A stretch of DNA of 64,000 nt from Candidatus Latescibacterota bacterium (GTDB taxonomy: Bacteria; Latescibacterota; UBA2968; UBA8231), in assembly GCA_965208105.1 (NCBI GenBank), contig OZ242318.1, forward strand, positions 1,888,001 to 1,952,000, written 5' to 3'. Each line of letters starts with the position of its first letter. The stretch's first letter is position 1. The notes under the pieces are model-generated. The model saw only the letters and a program-made list of their open reading frames with translations, made no database searches and was not told the DNA's origin. This document shows, piece after piece, positions 27,840-38,598 of this stretch. Made by a program: the position numbers and the translations under genes.

Positions 27840-29333
27840 ATGAATCCAGCACGCCCACGCGAAGGCGAGCCAGGTTTCCGCGTCCCGCCCGGCCAGCGCC
27901 AGCTCTTCCTCGACGGCACCGGCGTTGCCGGGATCGAGAACCTGGCGCGCAGCATGCACCGGCCGGCCAAGAGGGGGGCGGTCATCCGGCCCGATCCGGG
28001 CCTGGGCATCCCCAGCATTCAGATCCGCATGACCCCGATCTGGTGTCCCGAAAAGGAGGTCTGGCAGATATGGGACTGCGCCGGAGAACCGGTTGAGCTG
28101 GAGGGCAGCGGCTGCGGATTCAGCGCCTACTACGAGAGCGAGGACGGCCTCCACTGGTCCAAGCCCGATGTGGGACTGATCGAGTACCGCGGCTCGAGGG
28201 CCAACAATTTCGTGCCCGTCAAAATGGGGGGAAAATACCACCGGGCGGAATGCATCGTGCGCGACCCGCACGATCCCGATCCCTCCCGCCGCTACAAGAC
28301 GGTTACGCCCAATGTCTTCGACGTGAGCGGGGGCGGCACCGCCGCCTCAGCCGACGGCATCCACTGGATAGAAATCAGCCATCCGGGGATTTCCTCCTCG
28401 GATGAATGGAACCTGACCCTCGACGAAACGGAACACCTGTTCCTGCACTACATAAAGCGGCGCGGCAGCCACGGCCGCGCGGTCTGGCTGACCACCAGCA
28501 GGGATTTCAGGGATTGGAGCGAACCGGAGCTGATCTTCGAAGCCGACGACCTGGACCAGGCCCTCGGCGCCCGGCGCATCGAGACGCGGTTGGCGGACCC
28601 GACCCGCCAACCCCTCCTCGGCGACGATCCCACGGTCTACAACGTGGACGTCTACCACATGTGCCCCTTCCGCTACGAGTCGGTCTATCTCGGATTGCCG
28701 GCCATGTACCACGCGGTATGCCCCGCCTACAAGAACGTGAACACCGACGGCTTCCACGTCGTCGAGCTGGCCTGCAGCCGGGATCTGAAGAGCTGGACCC
28801 GCCTGGGCTCCCGGGAGGCCTTCATCGAGCCGTCGCGGCTCGGATGCGGAGCATACGACCTGACCCAGATCATGAGTCCTGCCGGGGCGGTGGTTCGCGG
28901 CGACGAGCTGTGGTTCTACTACAGCGGCCTGAAGTACCGCGGCTTGATGGGGCTTCCCGCTGAGGAGCGGCTCCAGCTCGACCCGGACGCCAGCGCTATC
29001 TGCCTGGCGGTGTTGCGGCGGGATGGGTTCATCTCCCTCGACGCGGACCGGGACGGTGGGTCCGTTCTCACCGAGGGGTTCGACCTCGCAGCGCCGCGGT
29101 TGTTCGTCAACGTGGATGCGCGCGGGGGTGAATGCCGCGTCGAAGCCCTGGACGCCGAGGGCAACCGGGCGGCCAGGTCGGCCCCCATAAGGGAGGATCT
29201 GCCAAGCTGCGAAGTGGAATGGGAGCAGGGCGGCGTGGCGCAGCTGCGGGACAAGCAGGTATCCCTGCGGTTCACCATGCACGACGCCAGGCTCTACTCC
29301 TACTGGCTGCAGGCTGACTCCGGCCAGGAATGA
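27840..29333 (+). CDS. Glycoside-hydrolase-like five-bladed beta-propeller protein (paralog 1)
   Basis: QLFLD, YYESEDGLHWSKP.VG..EY.GS..NN, DPHDPDPSRRYK, SADGIHW, SRDLKSW and LRRDGF; C-terminal beta-sandwich; no signal peptide. Confidence 0.7.
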   Translation: MNPARPREGEPGFRVPPGQRQLFLDGTGVAGIENLARSMHRPAKRGAVIRPDPGLGIPSIQIRMTPIWCPEKEVWQIWDCAGEPVELEGSGCGFSAYYESEDGLHWSKPDVGLIEYRGSRANNFVPVKMGGKYHRAECIVRDPHDPDPSRRYKTVTPNVFDVSGGGTAASADGIHWIEISHPGISSSDEWNLTLDETEHLFLHYIKRRGSHGRAVWLTTSRDFRDWSEPELIFEADDLDQALGARRIETRLADPTRQPLLGDDPTVYNVDVYHMCPFRYESVYLGLPAMYHAVCPAYKNVNTDGFHVVELACSRDLKSWTRLGSREAFIEPSRLGCGAYDLTQIMSPAGAVVRGDELWFYYSGLKYRGLMGLPAEERLQLDPDASAICLAVLRRDGFISLDADRDGGSVLTEGFDLAAPRLFVNVDARGGECRVEALDAEGNRAARSAPIREDLPSCEVEWEQGGVAQLRDKQVSLRFTMHDARLYSYWLQADSGQE

Positions 29334-29506
29334 GTCCGCCATTCCGATCGTTCACAAATTCCCCCTTGCCCGCGGGGACTCCGCCGCCACCCCTCCATTG
29401 GTTTACGACCTCGACCTTCCTCCGGGGAAATCCGCCGCCACCCCACCCTTCGCCCCGCACCCTCTCGCAGCCCCCACCCCAGGACAGGCCGCCGGCATCA
29501 GCCTGA

Positions 29507-31696
29507 TCATCCCTCCCCGCGCGCGGCCTTGACCTCCCTCCGGCGCGCGTGCAGCACCGTCTCGGTATAGCCGTTGGGCTCTTCTCTGCCCCTGAAGACC
29601 AGGTCCAGGGCGGCCTGGAACTCGATGCTTGCGGCGAAATCGGGGGCCATGGGACGATAGGCCGGATCGCCGCGGTTCTGGCGGTCGACCACCGCGGCCA
29701 TGCGTTCGAAGGTCGACCGCAGCTGCCCCTCGGTGACGATCCCGTAATGGAGCCAGTTGGCCATGTGCTGGCTTGAAATGCGCAGCGTCGCCCGGTCCTC
29801 CATCAACCCCACGTCGCGGATGTCGGCGACCTTGGAGCAGCCCACCCCCTGGCCGACCCAGCGCACCACGTACCCCAGAATCCCCTGCGCGTTGTTGTCC
29901 AACTCCTCCTGTATGTCCTCCGCCGTCAGCTCCCGGTCCAGAAGGGGCGGAGTGAGAATGTCCTCCAGGCTTGCCCGCCCCCTGCCGGCCAGCTCGGTCT
30001 GGCGCCCGGCCACGTTCACCTGGTGGTAGTGCATGGCGTGGAGGGTCGCCGCCGTCGGCGAAGGCACCCAGGCCGTATTGGCGCCGGACTGGGGATGGCT
30101 CATCTTGGTATCCATCATCTCGCGCATATTGTCGGGCATGGTCCACATACCCTTGCCGATCTGGGCCTTTCCCGCAAGCCCGGTCTCCAGGCCCACGTCC
30201 ACGTTCCAGTCCTCGTAGGCGTTGATCCACGGCTGTCCCTTGATCTCCATCTTCGGCAGCACGGGGCCCAGCTCCATGCTGGTGTGAATCTCGTCCCCGG
30301 TGCGATCGAGGAATCCCGTGTTGATGAAGACGACGCGCCGGGCGGCGGCGCGGATGGCTTCTTTCAGGTTGACGGTGGTGCGCCGCTCTTCGTCCATGAT
30401 ACCGATCTTGAGGGTGTTGCGCTCGAGCCCCAGGGCATCCTCCACCCTCTCGAACAACTCCACGGTCGCCGCCACCTCCGCCGGTCCGTGCAGCTTGGGC
30501 TTGACGATATAGACGCTTCCCGCGTCGCTGTTGGTGAACCTACCCTTCCCCCCGAGGTCGTGCCTGGCGGCCAGCGCGGTGACCATGGCGTCGAGAAACC
30601 CCTCCGGGATCTCCTCCCCTTCCGCCGTGGTCACCGCGTCGGTGTACATGTGCATGCCCACGTTGCGCACCAGGAGCAGACTTCTGCCCTTCAGGACCAG
30701 GGGCTCTCCGCCGGGGGCGGTGAAGGATCTGTCGCCGTTGAGCCTGCGAGTCAGCGGACGTCCGTTCTTCTCGAAGGTCGCCTCGAGCCCGCCCTGCATG
30801 ATTCCGTTCCAGTTGCGGTAGACTCTCACCTTGTCGGCGGCGTCCACCGCCGAAACCGAATCCTCGCAGTCCTGGATGGTCGTAACGGCGGACTCCAGCA
30901 CCACATCCATGATTCCCGCCGCCTGCTCCCTGCCCACGGGGTGCTCCCGGTCTATCCGAATCTCGACGTGCAGCCCGTTGTTGCGCAGCAGAATGCTCTC
31001 GAGCCCGCCTTCCCCTTCCTTGTAACCGGCGAACTTGGCGCCGTCCGCCAGGCCTGTGCGGGAGCCGTCCTCCAGCTCCGCCTCCAGTTGCCGCGCCCCC
31101 TCGCCCGGCGCCAGGGTGAAACGGGTGACGCGGGCATGGGAGCCGCGCTCGAGAGCGGCTGCCTGGTCGAGGAACTCCAGGCTGCGGGAGATCACCGCGG
31201 CGCCGCGCACCGGGTTGTAGCCTTCCCCCTTCCCCGCGCCGCCTTCACCGGAGATCACGTCCGTGCCGTAGAGCGCGTCGAACAGGCTCCCCCAGCGCGC
31301 GTTGGCGGCGTTGAGAGCGTAGCGGGCGTTGTCCACCGGCACCACGAGCTGTGGTCCCGCCAGCGCGGCGATCTCGGGATCGACGTTGGCCGTGGCCACG
31401 CGGAAGTCCTCCCCTTCGGGCATCAGGTAGCCGATCTCCCCCAGGAAGGCTCCATACTCCTCCGCATCGAGCGGCAGGCCCTTGCGGGAGCGATGCCACG
31501 CGTCGATCTTTGCCTGCATCGCGTCCCGCTCTTGCAGCAAAGCCCGGTTCCCGGGACCCAGGTCCGCGGCGATTCTTCCCAGGGCGGTCCAGAAGGCATC
31601 CGGATCCACCCCGGTGCCGGGGGCGATCTCGTTCTTCACCAGCTCGAACAGCTCCGCGTCCACGCACAACCCGCCGGCCTCGATTCTTTCCCTCAT
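29507..31696 (-). CDS. glcB: Malate synthase G
   Basis: [54 protein letters not shown] and [14 protein letters not shown]. Confidence 0.98.
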   Translation of the reverse strand: MRERIEAGGLCVDAELFELVKNEIAPGTGVDPDAFWTALGRIAADLGPGNRALLQERDAMQAKIDAWHRSRKGLPLDAEEYGAFLGEIGYLMPEGEDFRVATANVDPEIAALAGPQLVVPVDNARYALNAANARWGSLFDALYGTDVISGEGGAGKGEGYNPVRGAAVISRSLEFLDQAAALERGSHARVTRFTLAPGEGARQLEAELEDGSRTGLADGAKFAGYKEGEGGLESILLRNNGLHVEIRIDREHPVGREQAAGIMDVVLESAVTTIQDCEDSVSAVDAADKVRVYRNWNGIMQGGLEATFEKNGRPLTRRLNGDRSFTAPGGEPLVLKGRSLLLVRNVGMHMYTDAVTTAEGEEIPEGFLDAMVTALAARHDLGGKGRFTNSDAGSVYIVKPKLHGPAEVAATVELFERVEDALGLERNTLKIGIMDEERRTTVNLKEAIRAAARRVVFINTGFLDRTGDEIHTSMELGPVLPKMEIKGQPWINAYEDWNVDVGLETGLAGKAQIGKGMWTMPDNMREMMDTKMSHPQSGANTAWVPSPTAATLHAMHYHQVNVAGRQTELAGRGRASLEDILTPPLLDRELTAEDIQEELDNNAQGILGYVVRWVGQGVGCSKVADIRDVGLMEDRATLRISSQHMANWLHYGIVTEGQLRSTFERMAAVVDRQNRGDPAYRPMAPDFAASIEFQAALDLVFRGREEPNGYTETVLHARRREVKAARGEG

Positions 31697-31779
31697 GAAA
31701 GTTCCTTTCGCTCTATCCCGGCGATTCGTCCGCCGCCGGTAAACGGCATGTCATTTCCTCATAGCCCGGGTTTCCCGCG

Positions 31780-32625
31780 CTACTTCCAGTCGATGCGGAA
31801 ATACTTCCTCATGATCTTCAGCGCCACCCACTCCGGCACGAAGCGCCGCAGATGCACCACCAGCCGCGCCTCCTTCCCCACGTTGTAGCGCAGCCGGGGC
31901 GAGCGGCTCTCGACGATCCTGCCCACCACGGCGGCAACGAACCCCGGCCCCGGAGCCCCCTCCAGGTAGTCCCGCATGGACCCCAGGGCCGCCTCCCGCG
32001 CCCGGTCATAGGCGCCGATCCGGCCATCGGCGGATTGCTCGCCGGCCGCCAGCAGATTGGTCTTCACGAACCCCGGCTCCACCAGGGAAACGTGGATATG
32101 GAACGGCCTGACCTCGTTGAAGAGGGCCTCGCTGTATCCTTCGAGGGCGAACTTGCTGGCGGAGTAAAACCCGAGGAAGGGCACCGCGGACAGCCCGGCG
32201 AGGGAGCTTATGTTGATGATGCGGCCGCCTCCCTGGCCGCGCATGACGGGCAGCACCGCCTCGACCATCCGAACCAGGCCGAAGAAATTGGTCTCGAACT
32301 GCCCCCTGGCCTCCTCCAGGGCCGTTTCCTCGACGGCCCCTCGGAGGACATAGCCGGCATTGTTGACGAGCACGTCCAGGCGCCCGGCGCGCTCCAGCAC
32401 CGCCTTCACGCAGTCGGACACCGACTCCCCCGAGCGCACGTCGAGGGGCAGCATCTCCACGCCGTCCATCATCCCGGTGCGCACCCGGCTCGTCCCGAAA
32501 ACGGTGCAGCCCGCGCGCTGGAGCAGGCGGGCAACGGCCTGGCCGATGCCGGAGGAGGCCCCGGTGACGAGGACCACCCTGGAGCCCGGCCCGTCCTTCA
32601 CCTCCGCCGGCGGCCGGGCTTCCAT
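31780..32625 (-). CDS. Short-chain dehydrogenase/reductase
   Basis: TGASSGIG, NNAG, YSASK and VEPG; start overlaps the upstream gene end. Confidence 0.92.
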   Translation of the reverse strand: MEARPPAEVKDGPGSRVVLVTGASSGIGQAVARLLQRAGCTVFGTSRVRTGMMDGVEMLPLDVRSGESVSDCVKAVLERAGRLDVLVNNAGYVLRGAVEETALEEARGQFETNFFGLVRMVEAVLPVMRGQGGGRIINISSLAGLSAVPFLGFYSASKFALEGYSEALFNEVRPFHIHVSLVEPGFVKTNLLAAGEQSADGRIGAYDRAREAALGSMRDYLEGAPGPGFVAAVVGRIVESRSPRLRYNVGKEARLVVHLRRFVPEWVALKIMRKYFRIDWK

Positions 32626-33473
32626 TTCCTCAGCTGCCGTTTCCACGCCCGGTCCACCTCTGTCATCACCGCCTGGGCGTCCTTCCAGCGATTGCCGAAG
32701 ACCGAGAGGGCGTAGCCGGCGGGAATCTGCTCGGGACAGACGAACATCTCGCGTCCGGGAGCGGCGGCCTGCAGCCAGCAGGCGATGACCTCCTCGGCGA
32801 ACTCGAGCCAGTCGAGGAATTCCGGGGTCAGCCTTCCGCCCCTGCCCAGGGCAGGGATCTGGGCGTGGTGGCCGTTGAAGGGCCTGAAGTGAAACTGCTG
32901 GGCGTACTGGATCAGATCGGGACGCTCGGCCAGGCGGTCCCAATAGGGTGGCGAGAGGTGCTTTATGACGGCCGGATGGGAGAAGTCCCAGGTCATCTTC
33001 AGGGGCCGTTTCTCCGCCCTCTCGAATCCCGAGGCCAGGGCATAGGTTTTCTCCGGGGTCTCGGTGCAGGTATCGCGATGCACCTCGATGGCTACATCCA
33101 TCCCGAGCTCGTCGGCGGCGGCCATCACCCGCCGGGCAACCTCCACCGCCCGCCTGGTGGGGGTGTCGTGGTCGAGCATCTGCACGTTGACGCAGCGGGC
33201 GCCGGCCTCCTGGATGGCCCTGAACTTGGGTTTGATCTCCCGGATGCCGCCGATATCGGAGGTGGCGGCGAAGAGCATCCCCGATTCCTCCACCATCTCG
33301 CGGGTAATCATGGGCACGCGCCCGGTGAACCCGTCGAAGCCGGCTTCCTTGATGCGCCGCAGCTTCTCCTCCGTACTCCACTCTCCCTTCCTGCCGCCGT
33401 ATTCCGCCAGGCTGCCGAGACTCGCCATGTGGCGAATCACGGGTTTTTCCACCCTCTTCCGGGTCTTTGCCAT
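32598..33473 (-). CDS. Xylose-isomerase-like TIM barrel protein
   Basis: IKEAGFDG, EVHRDT and WDFSH motifs; AAAGGAG SD. Confidence 0.75.
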   Translation of the reverse strand: MAKTRKRVEKPVIRHMASLGSLAEYGGRKGEWSTEEKLRRIKEAGFDGFTGRVPMITREMVEESGMLFAATSDIGGIREIKPKFRAIQEAGARCVNVQMLDHDTPTRRAVEVARRVMAAADELGMDVAIEVHRDTCTETPEKTYALASGFERAEKRPLKMTWDFSHPAVIKHLSPPYWDRLAERPDLIQYAQQFHFRPFNGHHAQIPALGRGGRLTPEFLDWLEFAEEVIACWLQAAAPGREMFVCPEQIPAGYALSVFGNRWKDAQAVMTEVDRAWKRQLRKWKPGRRRR

Positions 33474-33520
33474 TACTCGCTCCTTTCACCAGGTGAACTT
33501 GCGTTGCCCCTGAAAACCGC

Positions 33521-35422
33521 TCACTCTCGCAGTACCCTGACGTCCCCCCTCCGTTCGGTGAATCCCTCGCGGTCGAAATAGCCCAGAAGCGCCAGGGCGT
33601 ACCTGCGGTTGCCGGCGATCAGGTCGCGAAAATCGGCCACCGTGATCTCATTCTTCCGGCGCAGATAGCGGCGCAGTTTCTCCCGCATGGCCTCCAGGGT
33701 CTCGGCGTGCAGGATCAGGCCGCCCTCCAGGGTTGCCACCCGCCCCAGGCTCTGCATGGCGCGCAGCAAGTCTTCCATCTCCGAATGGTCGACCCGCAGC
33801 CGTTGGGCCAACTCTTCCGCCCCGGGCATCTCGGCGAATCCGGCGGTTTTCAGGGCATTCTCGATCTGCTCCTTCAGTCCTTCTTCCTCCGCGGTCAGGC
33901 GGATGCGGTGCGAAGCTGCGCGCACCACCGCAGCATCCACGGCGATGCTGCCGGCGTCCTCCATGGCTTCGAACAGGCGGTCGAAGAGGACCGGGTGCAG
34001 ACTGCGCGCGCATAGGTTGCGCCACTCCTCCCGGCGCAGGCCCTGCTTCAGCGGGTTGCGACGGTGGAAATTCCGCAAGCCGGCCTCGACGCGCCGGCTC
34101 AGCTCATCCCAGACCTCGGAGTGCAGCGCGCACAACTCGTTGTCGACCTGCATCAGCACCGCCCGTCCGCCGCGCTCCAGATCGTCAAGCACCTCTTCGA
34201 CCCGCTCCAGGCCCTGTCCCATGTCGCCGGCCAGCCCACTGCGGGAACTCAGCCTCTCCGCGGCCAGGCGCAGCTTTGCCTCGACCGCCTCTTCGAGAGC
34301 GCTGGTCTCGAGGGCGGCGAGTTGCCCTCCGAGGGCAGGGTCGAGGCGCCTGTGCTTCTGCGGATGCGGCTCCAGGACCAGCCCGCCCCCGATGGTCAGG
34401 GCCGGCGAGTAGCGCCGGATCACGAAGCGGTCTCCCCAGACGGCGACCACCGGCGCCTCCAGCCGCAGCTGCACCAGGGAATCCGCCCCCGGGGCCAGGA
34501 CCTCCCCCTCGAGCAGCACCACGCGGGCCATGATCTCCCGGGTGCCGAGGTGCAGCCGCACCCGCGTGCGCTGGGTCAGCTCCCTCGGGCTCGAGGGCAG
34601 CAGGCGCAAACGCGCGTCTATCATGTGGGTGGGCCTGAAGTATCCTGGACTGGCGACCAGGTCGCCGCGCCTCACGTCGGTCTCGTCGACTCCGGGCAGG
34701 TTGACCGCGGCGCGGTCTCCGCTGCGGACCGCCTCTACCGGCGTGCCGTGCTTCTGCAGTCCGCGGGCGCGAATGGGGCGGCCCGCCGGCTGCAGCTCAA
34801 CCCCCTCGCCCTCGCCCAGGCTGCCGGAAACCACCGTACCCGTGGCCACCATGCCGAATCCCTTGACCCGGAAGGTGCGATCCACCGGCAGGCGGAATGG
34901 GCCCGCGGCGCGTTTCTCGACCGTGGCCTCGACCAGGGTCTGGAGACGGCGCTCGAGGGCCTCGATCCCGGCTCCGCTCAGGGCGGACACCCGCATGATG
35001 TCCTCCCCTTCCAGGAAGCTGCCCCGCACCAGCTCGCGGATATCCTCTTCCACGAGCTCGATCCACTCCTCTTCCACCAGGTCGATCTTGTTGAGCACCA
35101 CGAGACCGCGCTTCACCCCCAGGAGATTGAGGATATCCAGGTGCTCGCGCGACTGCGGCATGACCCCGTCGTCGGCGGCGATGACGAACAGGCCCAGGTC
35201 GATGGAGCTGACCCCGGCCACCATGGTCTTGACGAAGCGCTCGTGGCCGGGCACGTCGACGATGGTGGCTTCGTCGCCGAAAAAGGCAAAGCCCAGCTCG
35301 ATGGTTATGCCGCGGGCCTTTTCCTCGGGAGCCCGGTCGGTATCGACCCCGGTGAGCGCCTTCACCAGCAGGGTCTTGCCGTGGTCGATGTGTCCTGCGG
35401 TACCTATAATGGTGTGGGGCAT
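33521..35422 (-). CDS. selB: Selenocysteine-specific elongation factor
   Basis: GTAGHIDHGKT, RGITIELGF, DVPGHERF, NKID and C-terminal winged helix RRYALALLGYFD...RRGDVR. Confidence 0.97.
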   Translation of the reverse strand: MPHTIIGTAGHIDHGKTLLVKALTGVDTDRAPEEKARGITIELGFAFFGDEATIVDVPGHERFVKTMVAGVSSIDLGLFVIAADDGVMPQSREHLDILNLLGVKRGLVVLNKIDLVEEEWIELVEEDIRELVRGSFLEGEDIMRVSALSGAGIEALERRLQTLVEATVEKRAAGPFRLPVDRTFRVKGFGMVATGTVVSGSLGEGEGVELQPAGRPIRARGLQKHGTPVEAVRSGDRAAVNLPGVDETDVRRGDLVASPGYFRPTHMIDARLRLLPSSPRELTQRTRVRLHLGTREIMARVVLLEGEVLAPGADSLVQLRLEAPVVAVWGDRFVIRRYSPALTIGGGLVLEPHPQKHRRLDPALGGQLAALETSALEEAVEAKLRLAAERLSSRSGLAGDMGQGLERVEEVLDDLERGGRAVLMQVDNELCALHSEVWDELSRRVEAGLRNFHRRNPLKQGLRREEWRNLCARSLHPVLFDRLFEAMEDAGSIAVDAAVVRAASHRIRLTAEEEGLKEQIENALKTAGFAEMPGAEELAQRLRVDHSEMEDLLRAMQSLGRVATLEGGLILHAETLEAMREKLRRYLRRKNEITVADFRDLIAGNRRYALALLGYFDREGFTERRGDVRVLRE

Positions 35423-35558
35423 AACTGCTTGCGAGAACTCAATTTTCCTGGGGAACGGACTTCGAGGTAAAATATCTCGGTGGCCCATTCCGCACAATAG
35501 CTGTTGAAGCCAGCTTCCATCTGCGTATATTCCTTCGAGAACCCGGGAGGAGAGCATC

Positions 35559-36191
35559 ATGGCCGAGGTACTGAGCATCGACCCCCTGCACCTCAAAGGG
35601 CGCCACATCAAGCGCGCGGTGGACGTCCTCAACGACGGCGGCGTCATCGTCTATCCCACCGACACCATCTACGGCCTGGGCTGCGACATCACCAGCAAGA
35701 AGGCGGTGGAGCAGACCCGCCGCATCAAGGGCCGGGACTCCAAGAAACCCATGTCGTTCGTGTGCGCCGACCTGGCCAACATCAGCCAGTACGCCCGGGT
35801 TTCGAACTTCGCCTACCGGATACTGAAGCGCTGCCTTCCGGGTCCCTACACCTTCGTGCTGCCCGCCACCAAGGATACCCCCCGCATCCTGCAGACGCGG
35901 CAGAAGACCGTGGGGCTGCGGGTCCCCGACCATCCCGTGCCGCTCGCCCTGGTGAGCCAACTGGGGCGTCCCATCCTCAGCACCAGCGCCAACTACACCG
36001 ACCACGAGGTCATCACCGACCCGGGCGAGCTGGAGCAGACCCTGGGACGAAGGGTGGACCTCATCCTCGAATGCGGCCAGCTCCCCGTCCTCCCCTCCAG
36101 CGTCATCTCCCTGGTCGACGACGAGGTGAACATCCTGCGCGCCGGCAAGGGCGACCTCGGTTTTTTCAAGGAGGAGCATGAGGACGCTTAG
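35559..36191 (+). CDS. tsaC: L-threonylcarbamoyladenylate synthase (Sua5/YrdC/YciO family)
   Basis: YPTDTIYGLGC, KGR (KxR), LPGPYT, GLRVP and STSAN (SxN). Confidence 0.85.
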   Translation: MAEVLSIDPLHLKGRHIKRAVDVLNDGGVIVYPTDTIYGLGCDITSKKAVEQTRRIKGRDSKKPMSFVCADLANISQYARVSNFAYRILKRCLPGPYTFVLPATKDTPRILQTRQKTVGLRVPDHPVPLALVSQLGRPILSTSANYTDHEVITDPGELEQTLGRRVDLILECGQLPVLPSSVISLVDDEVNILRAGKGDLGFFKEEHEDA

Positions 36192-38583
36192 GCTCGTTCC
36201 GCTCCTGTTTCTCGGCGCTTCGGCGCTGGGGGGACAGTCCTTCTCTCCCTATTCGGCGCAAAGCGAGTTTCTCCCGGGTCCACCGGGGGCCCTGGGATCG
36301 GGGCTGCAGGGATACGTCAATCCCGCCCTGCTGGCATACGTGGAGCAGCACGAGACCAGCCTGGCCTGGACCACCGGTTCCGCCCGCGGAAAGTGGGGCC
36401 TGTTCAGCGCTTTCCCCCACCTGGGATTCGGCCTCGTCCACCGCGACCTGCCGGGGAAGAACCTGACCGACTACCGGCTCTCCATGGCCGCCGGCGACCG
36501 CCGCGCCAGCCTGGGATTCGCCTACGGATGGTCGGCCGGCAACACGCGATACCTCGGACGCCGGAACCACCTCGTCAGCGGCGCTCTCCTGCGCCCGTCC
36601 AGACACCTCTCCGCCGGCGCCACCTTCACCGCCACCACGGGCTTCTCCGAGCCCCAGGGCACCCTCGATCTGGCTCTGCGCCCCCTGGGCGACGAGCGCC
36701 TGACCCTCTTCGCCGACGGCGGCATGGCAGATCGGGGGGTTGAGGATGCGGAAACCTTCTGGAGTGCCGGCGCCGCCCTGGAGCTGTTGCAGGGCGTGGT
36801 CATCAGCGGCCGCTACCTGGACGGCGGCAGCATCGGCCTGGGCCTGGACCTGAGTCTCGGCACCCTCGGCTATCAGACCCGCTCCCGCTTCGACGAAGAA
36901 GGGGAGCGCGGCCTGTCCACCCATGCTCTCCGGCTGGGCCCCCCCGAGTCCAACTTCCTCCGCAGCCGCCTGCAATCCGGGCGCCGCTACCTGAACCTCG
37001 ACCTCCTGGGTCCGACCCACCACCGGCGCTTCGTCCTGTTCGATGACGCCCGCACCCTCTCCTCCCTCCTGGACCTGATCGGCCGCGCCGAGGACGACCC
37101 GGCCATCGGCGGCATCGCCATCAATCTCTCGGGGATGAGGATAAATCCCGAGATGGCCTGGGAACTGCGCTCCCGGCTCCTGGAGTTCAAACAGGCGGGC
37201 AAACACGTGGTGGCCTACCTGGACCGGGCCTCCATCAGGGGCTATCACTTCGCCTCGGTGGCCGACCGCATCGTCATGGATCCGGCGGGCACCATCGCCC
37301 TCGAAGGCTTCGTCGCCGGTCAGACCTACTTCAAGGGCGCGCTGGAGAAACTGGGCATCGGCTTCGACGAATGGCGATTCTTCAAGTACAAGTCCGCCTT
37401 CGAGTCCCTTTCCAGGGAGGGCATGTCCGCGGCAGACCGCGAGCAACTGCAGGCCCTGATCGACGACTTCTACGGGCTCGCACGCGAGGAGATCTGCGCC
37501 CAGCGGCGGCTCGACCCGGAGGAGTTCGACCGCCTGGTCGACGAGGAGACCTTGTTCCTGGCGCAGGACGCCCTCGAGAAGGGGCTGGTGGACCGGTTGG
37601 GACGCTGGGATGAGGTGGAGGAAGCCATAGCGGAGCTGGAGGGAGGCGAGCGCGAGCTGCTCGACCCGGAGTCCTACTCCCGCCCCAGGGACGAGAGCTG
37701 GGGCCGCAAACCGCGGATCGCGGTGGTCTATGCCCTGGGAATCTGCGCCCTCGACGAGGGCATCAAAGCGCGGCGGCTGGCAAGGGAAATCGAGGCGGTG
37801 GCGGACAACTCGAGCATCGAAGCCATGGTCCTGCGGGTGGACTCCCCGGGGGGAGACGCGCTGGCTTCCGACCTGGTGGCCCAGGCATTGAAGAAGTGCA
37901 GGGAGGAGAAACCCGTAATCGTCTCCCAGGGATACGTCGCCGCTTCGGGAGGATACTGGTTATCCATGTACGGGGACGCCATCGTTGCCGCCCCGAACAC
38001 CATCACCGGCTCCATCGGCGTCATAGGCGGCTGGATCTACAACCGGGACCTCAAGGAAAAACTGGGGATGTCCACCGACCACGTCAGGAGGGGGGAACAC
38101 GCCGACCTGGGATTCGGCCTGACCGTGCCCTGGGTCGGGCTGCAGCTGCCCGACCGCAACCTGACCGACGCCGAGAAGCAGAAGACGGAACGGACCATCC
38201 GCACGCTCTACGCCGACTTCGTCGCCAAGGTGGCGGCCGGCCGCGGCAGGTCCCCCGAGGAAATCGAACCCCTGGCCCAGGGCAGGGTGTGGTCGGGGAT
38301 GCGCGCCCTGGAGCACGGTCTCGTCGACCGCCTCGGCGGCCTCGACACCGCCATCCACCTGGCCAAGGAGAAGGCCGGGCTCGACCCCGATGAGGAAATC
38401 AGCCTGGTCGAACTCCCCCGTCCCGCGCTCCTGGACCCCGGGCTGCTGCAACCAGGACCCGTAGCGGGTCCCGGTCCCCTCTTCGACCACCTCCGCTACC
38501 GCCTCGACCACAACGGCCGCCCCCTTCTGCTGATGCCCTCCACCAGCCTGGACCAGTACAGCCTGGAACCGCCGCGAGACTAG
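36178..38583 (+). CDS. sppA: Signal peptide peptidase SppA (tandem S49 domains) with N-terminal beta-barrel-like domain
   Basis: KYKSAFE (Lys), RVDSPGG, AASGGYW (Ser), TGSIGV and AQGRVWSG; about 250-aa beta-rich N-terminal extension after a signal peptide. Confidence 0.9.
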   Translation: MRTLRLVPLLFLGASALGGQSFSPYSAQSEFLPGPPGALGSGLQGYVNPALLAYVEQHETSLAWTTGSARGKWGLFSAFPHLGFGLVHRDLPGKNLTDYRLSMAAGDRRASLGFAYGWSAGNTRYLGRRNHLVSGALLRPSRHLSAGATFTATTGFSEPQGTLDLALRPLGDERLTLFADGGMADRGVEDAETFWSAGAALELLQGVVISGRYLDGGSIGLGLDLSLGTLGYQTRSRFDEEGERGLSTHALRLGPPESNFLRSRLQSGRRYLNLDLLGPTHHRRFVLFDDARTLSSLLDLIGRAEDDPAIGGIAINLSGMRINPEMAWELRSRLLEFKQAGKHVVAYLDRASIRGYHFASVADRIVMDPAGTIALEGFVAGQTYFKGALEKLGIGFDEWRFFKYKSAFESLSREGMSAADREQLQALIDDFYGLAREEICAQRRLDPEEFDRLVDEETLFLAQDALEKGLVDRLGRWDEVEEAIAELEGGERELLDPESYSRPRDESWGRKPRIAVVYALGICALDEGIKARRLAREIEAVADNSSIEAMVLRVDSPGGDALASDLVAQALKKCREEKPVIVSQGYVAASGGYWLSMYGDAIVAAPNTITGSIGVIGGWIYNRDLKEKLGMSTDHVRRGEHADLGFGLTVPWVGLQLPDRNLTDAEKQKTERTIRTLYADFVAKVAAGRGRSPEEIEPLAQGRVWSGMRALEHGLVDRLGGLDTAIHLAKEKAGLDPDEEISLVELPRPALLDPGLLQPGPVAGPGPLFDHLRYRLDHNGRPLLLMPSTSLDQYSLEPPRD

Positions 38584-38598
38584 GGACCCTAATTCCCC

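Noticed and set aside
31780-33489. 569-aa fusion ORF ending in an SDR
   Set aside because: The N-terminal part is an off-frame read of the TIM-barrel gene; the SDR starts at about 32625
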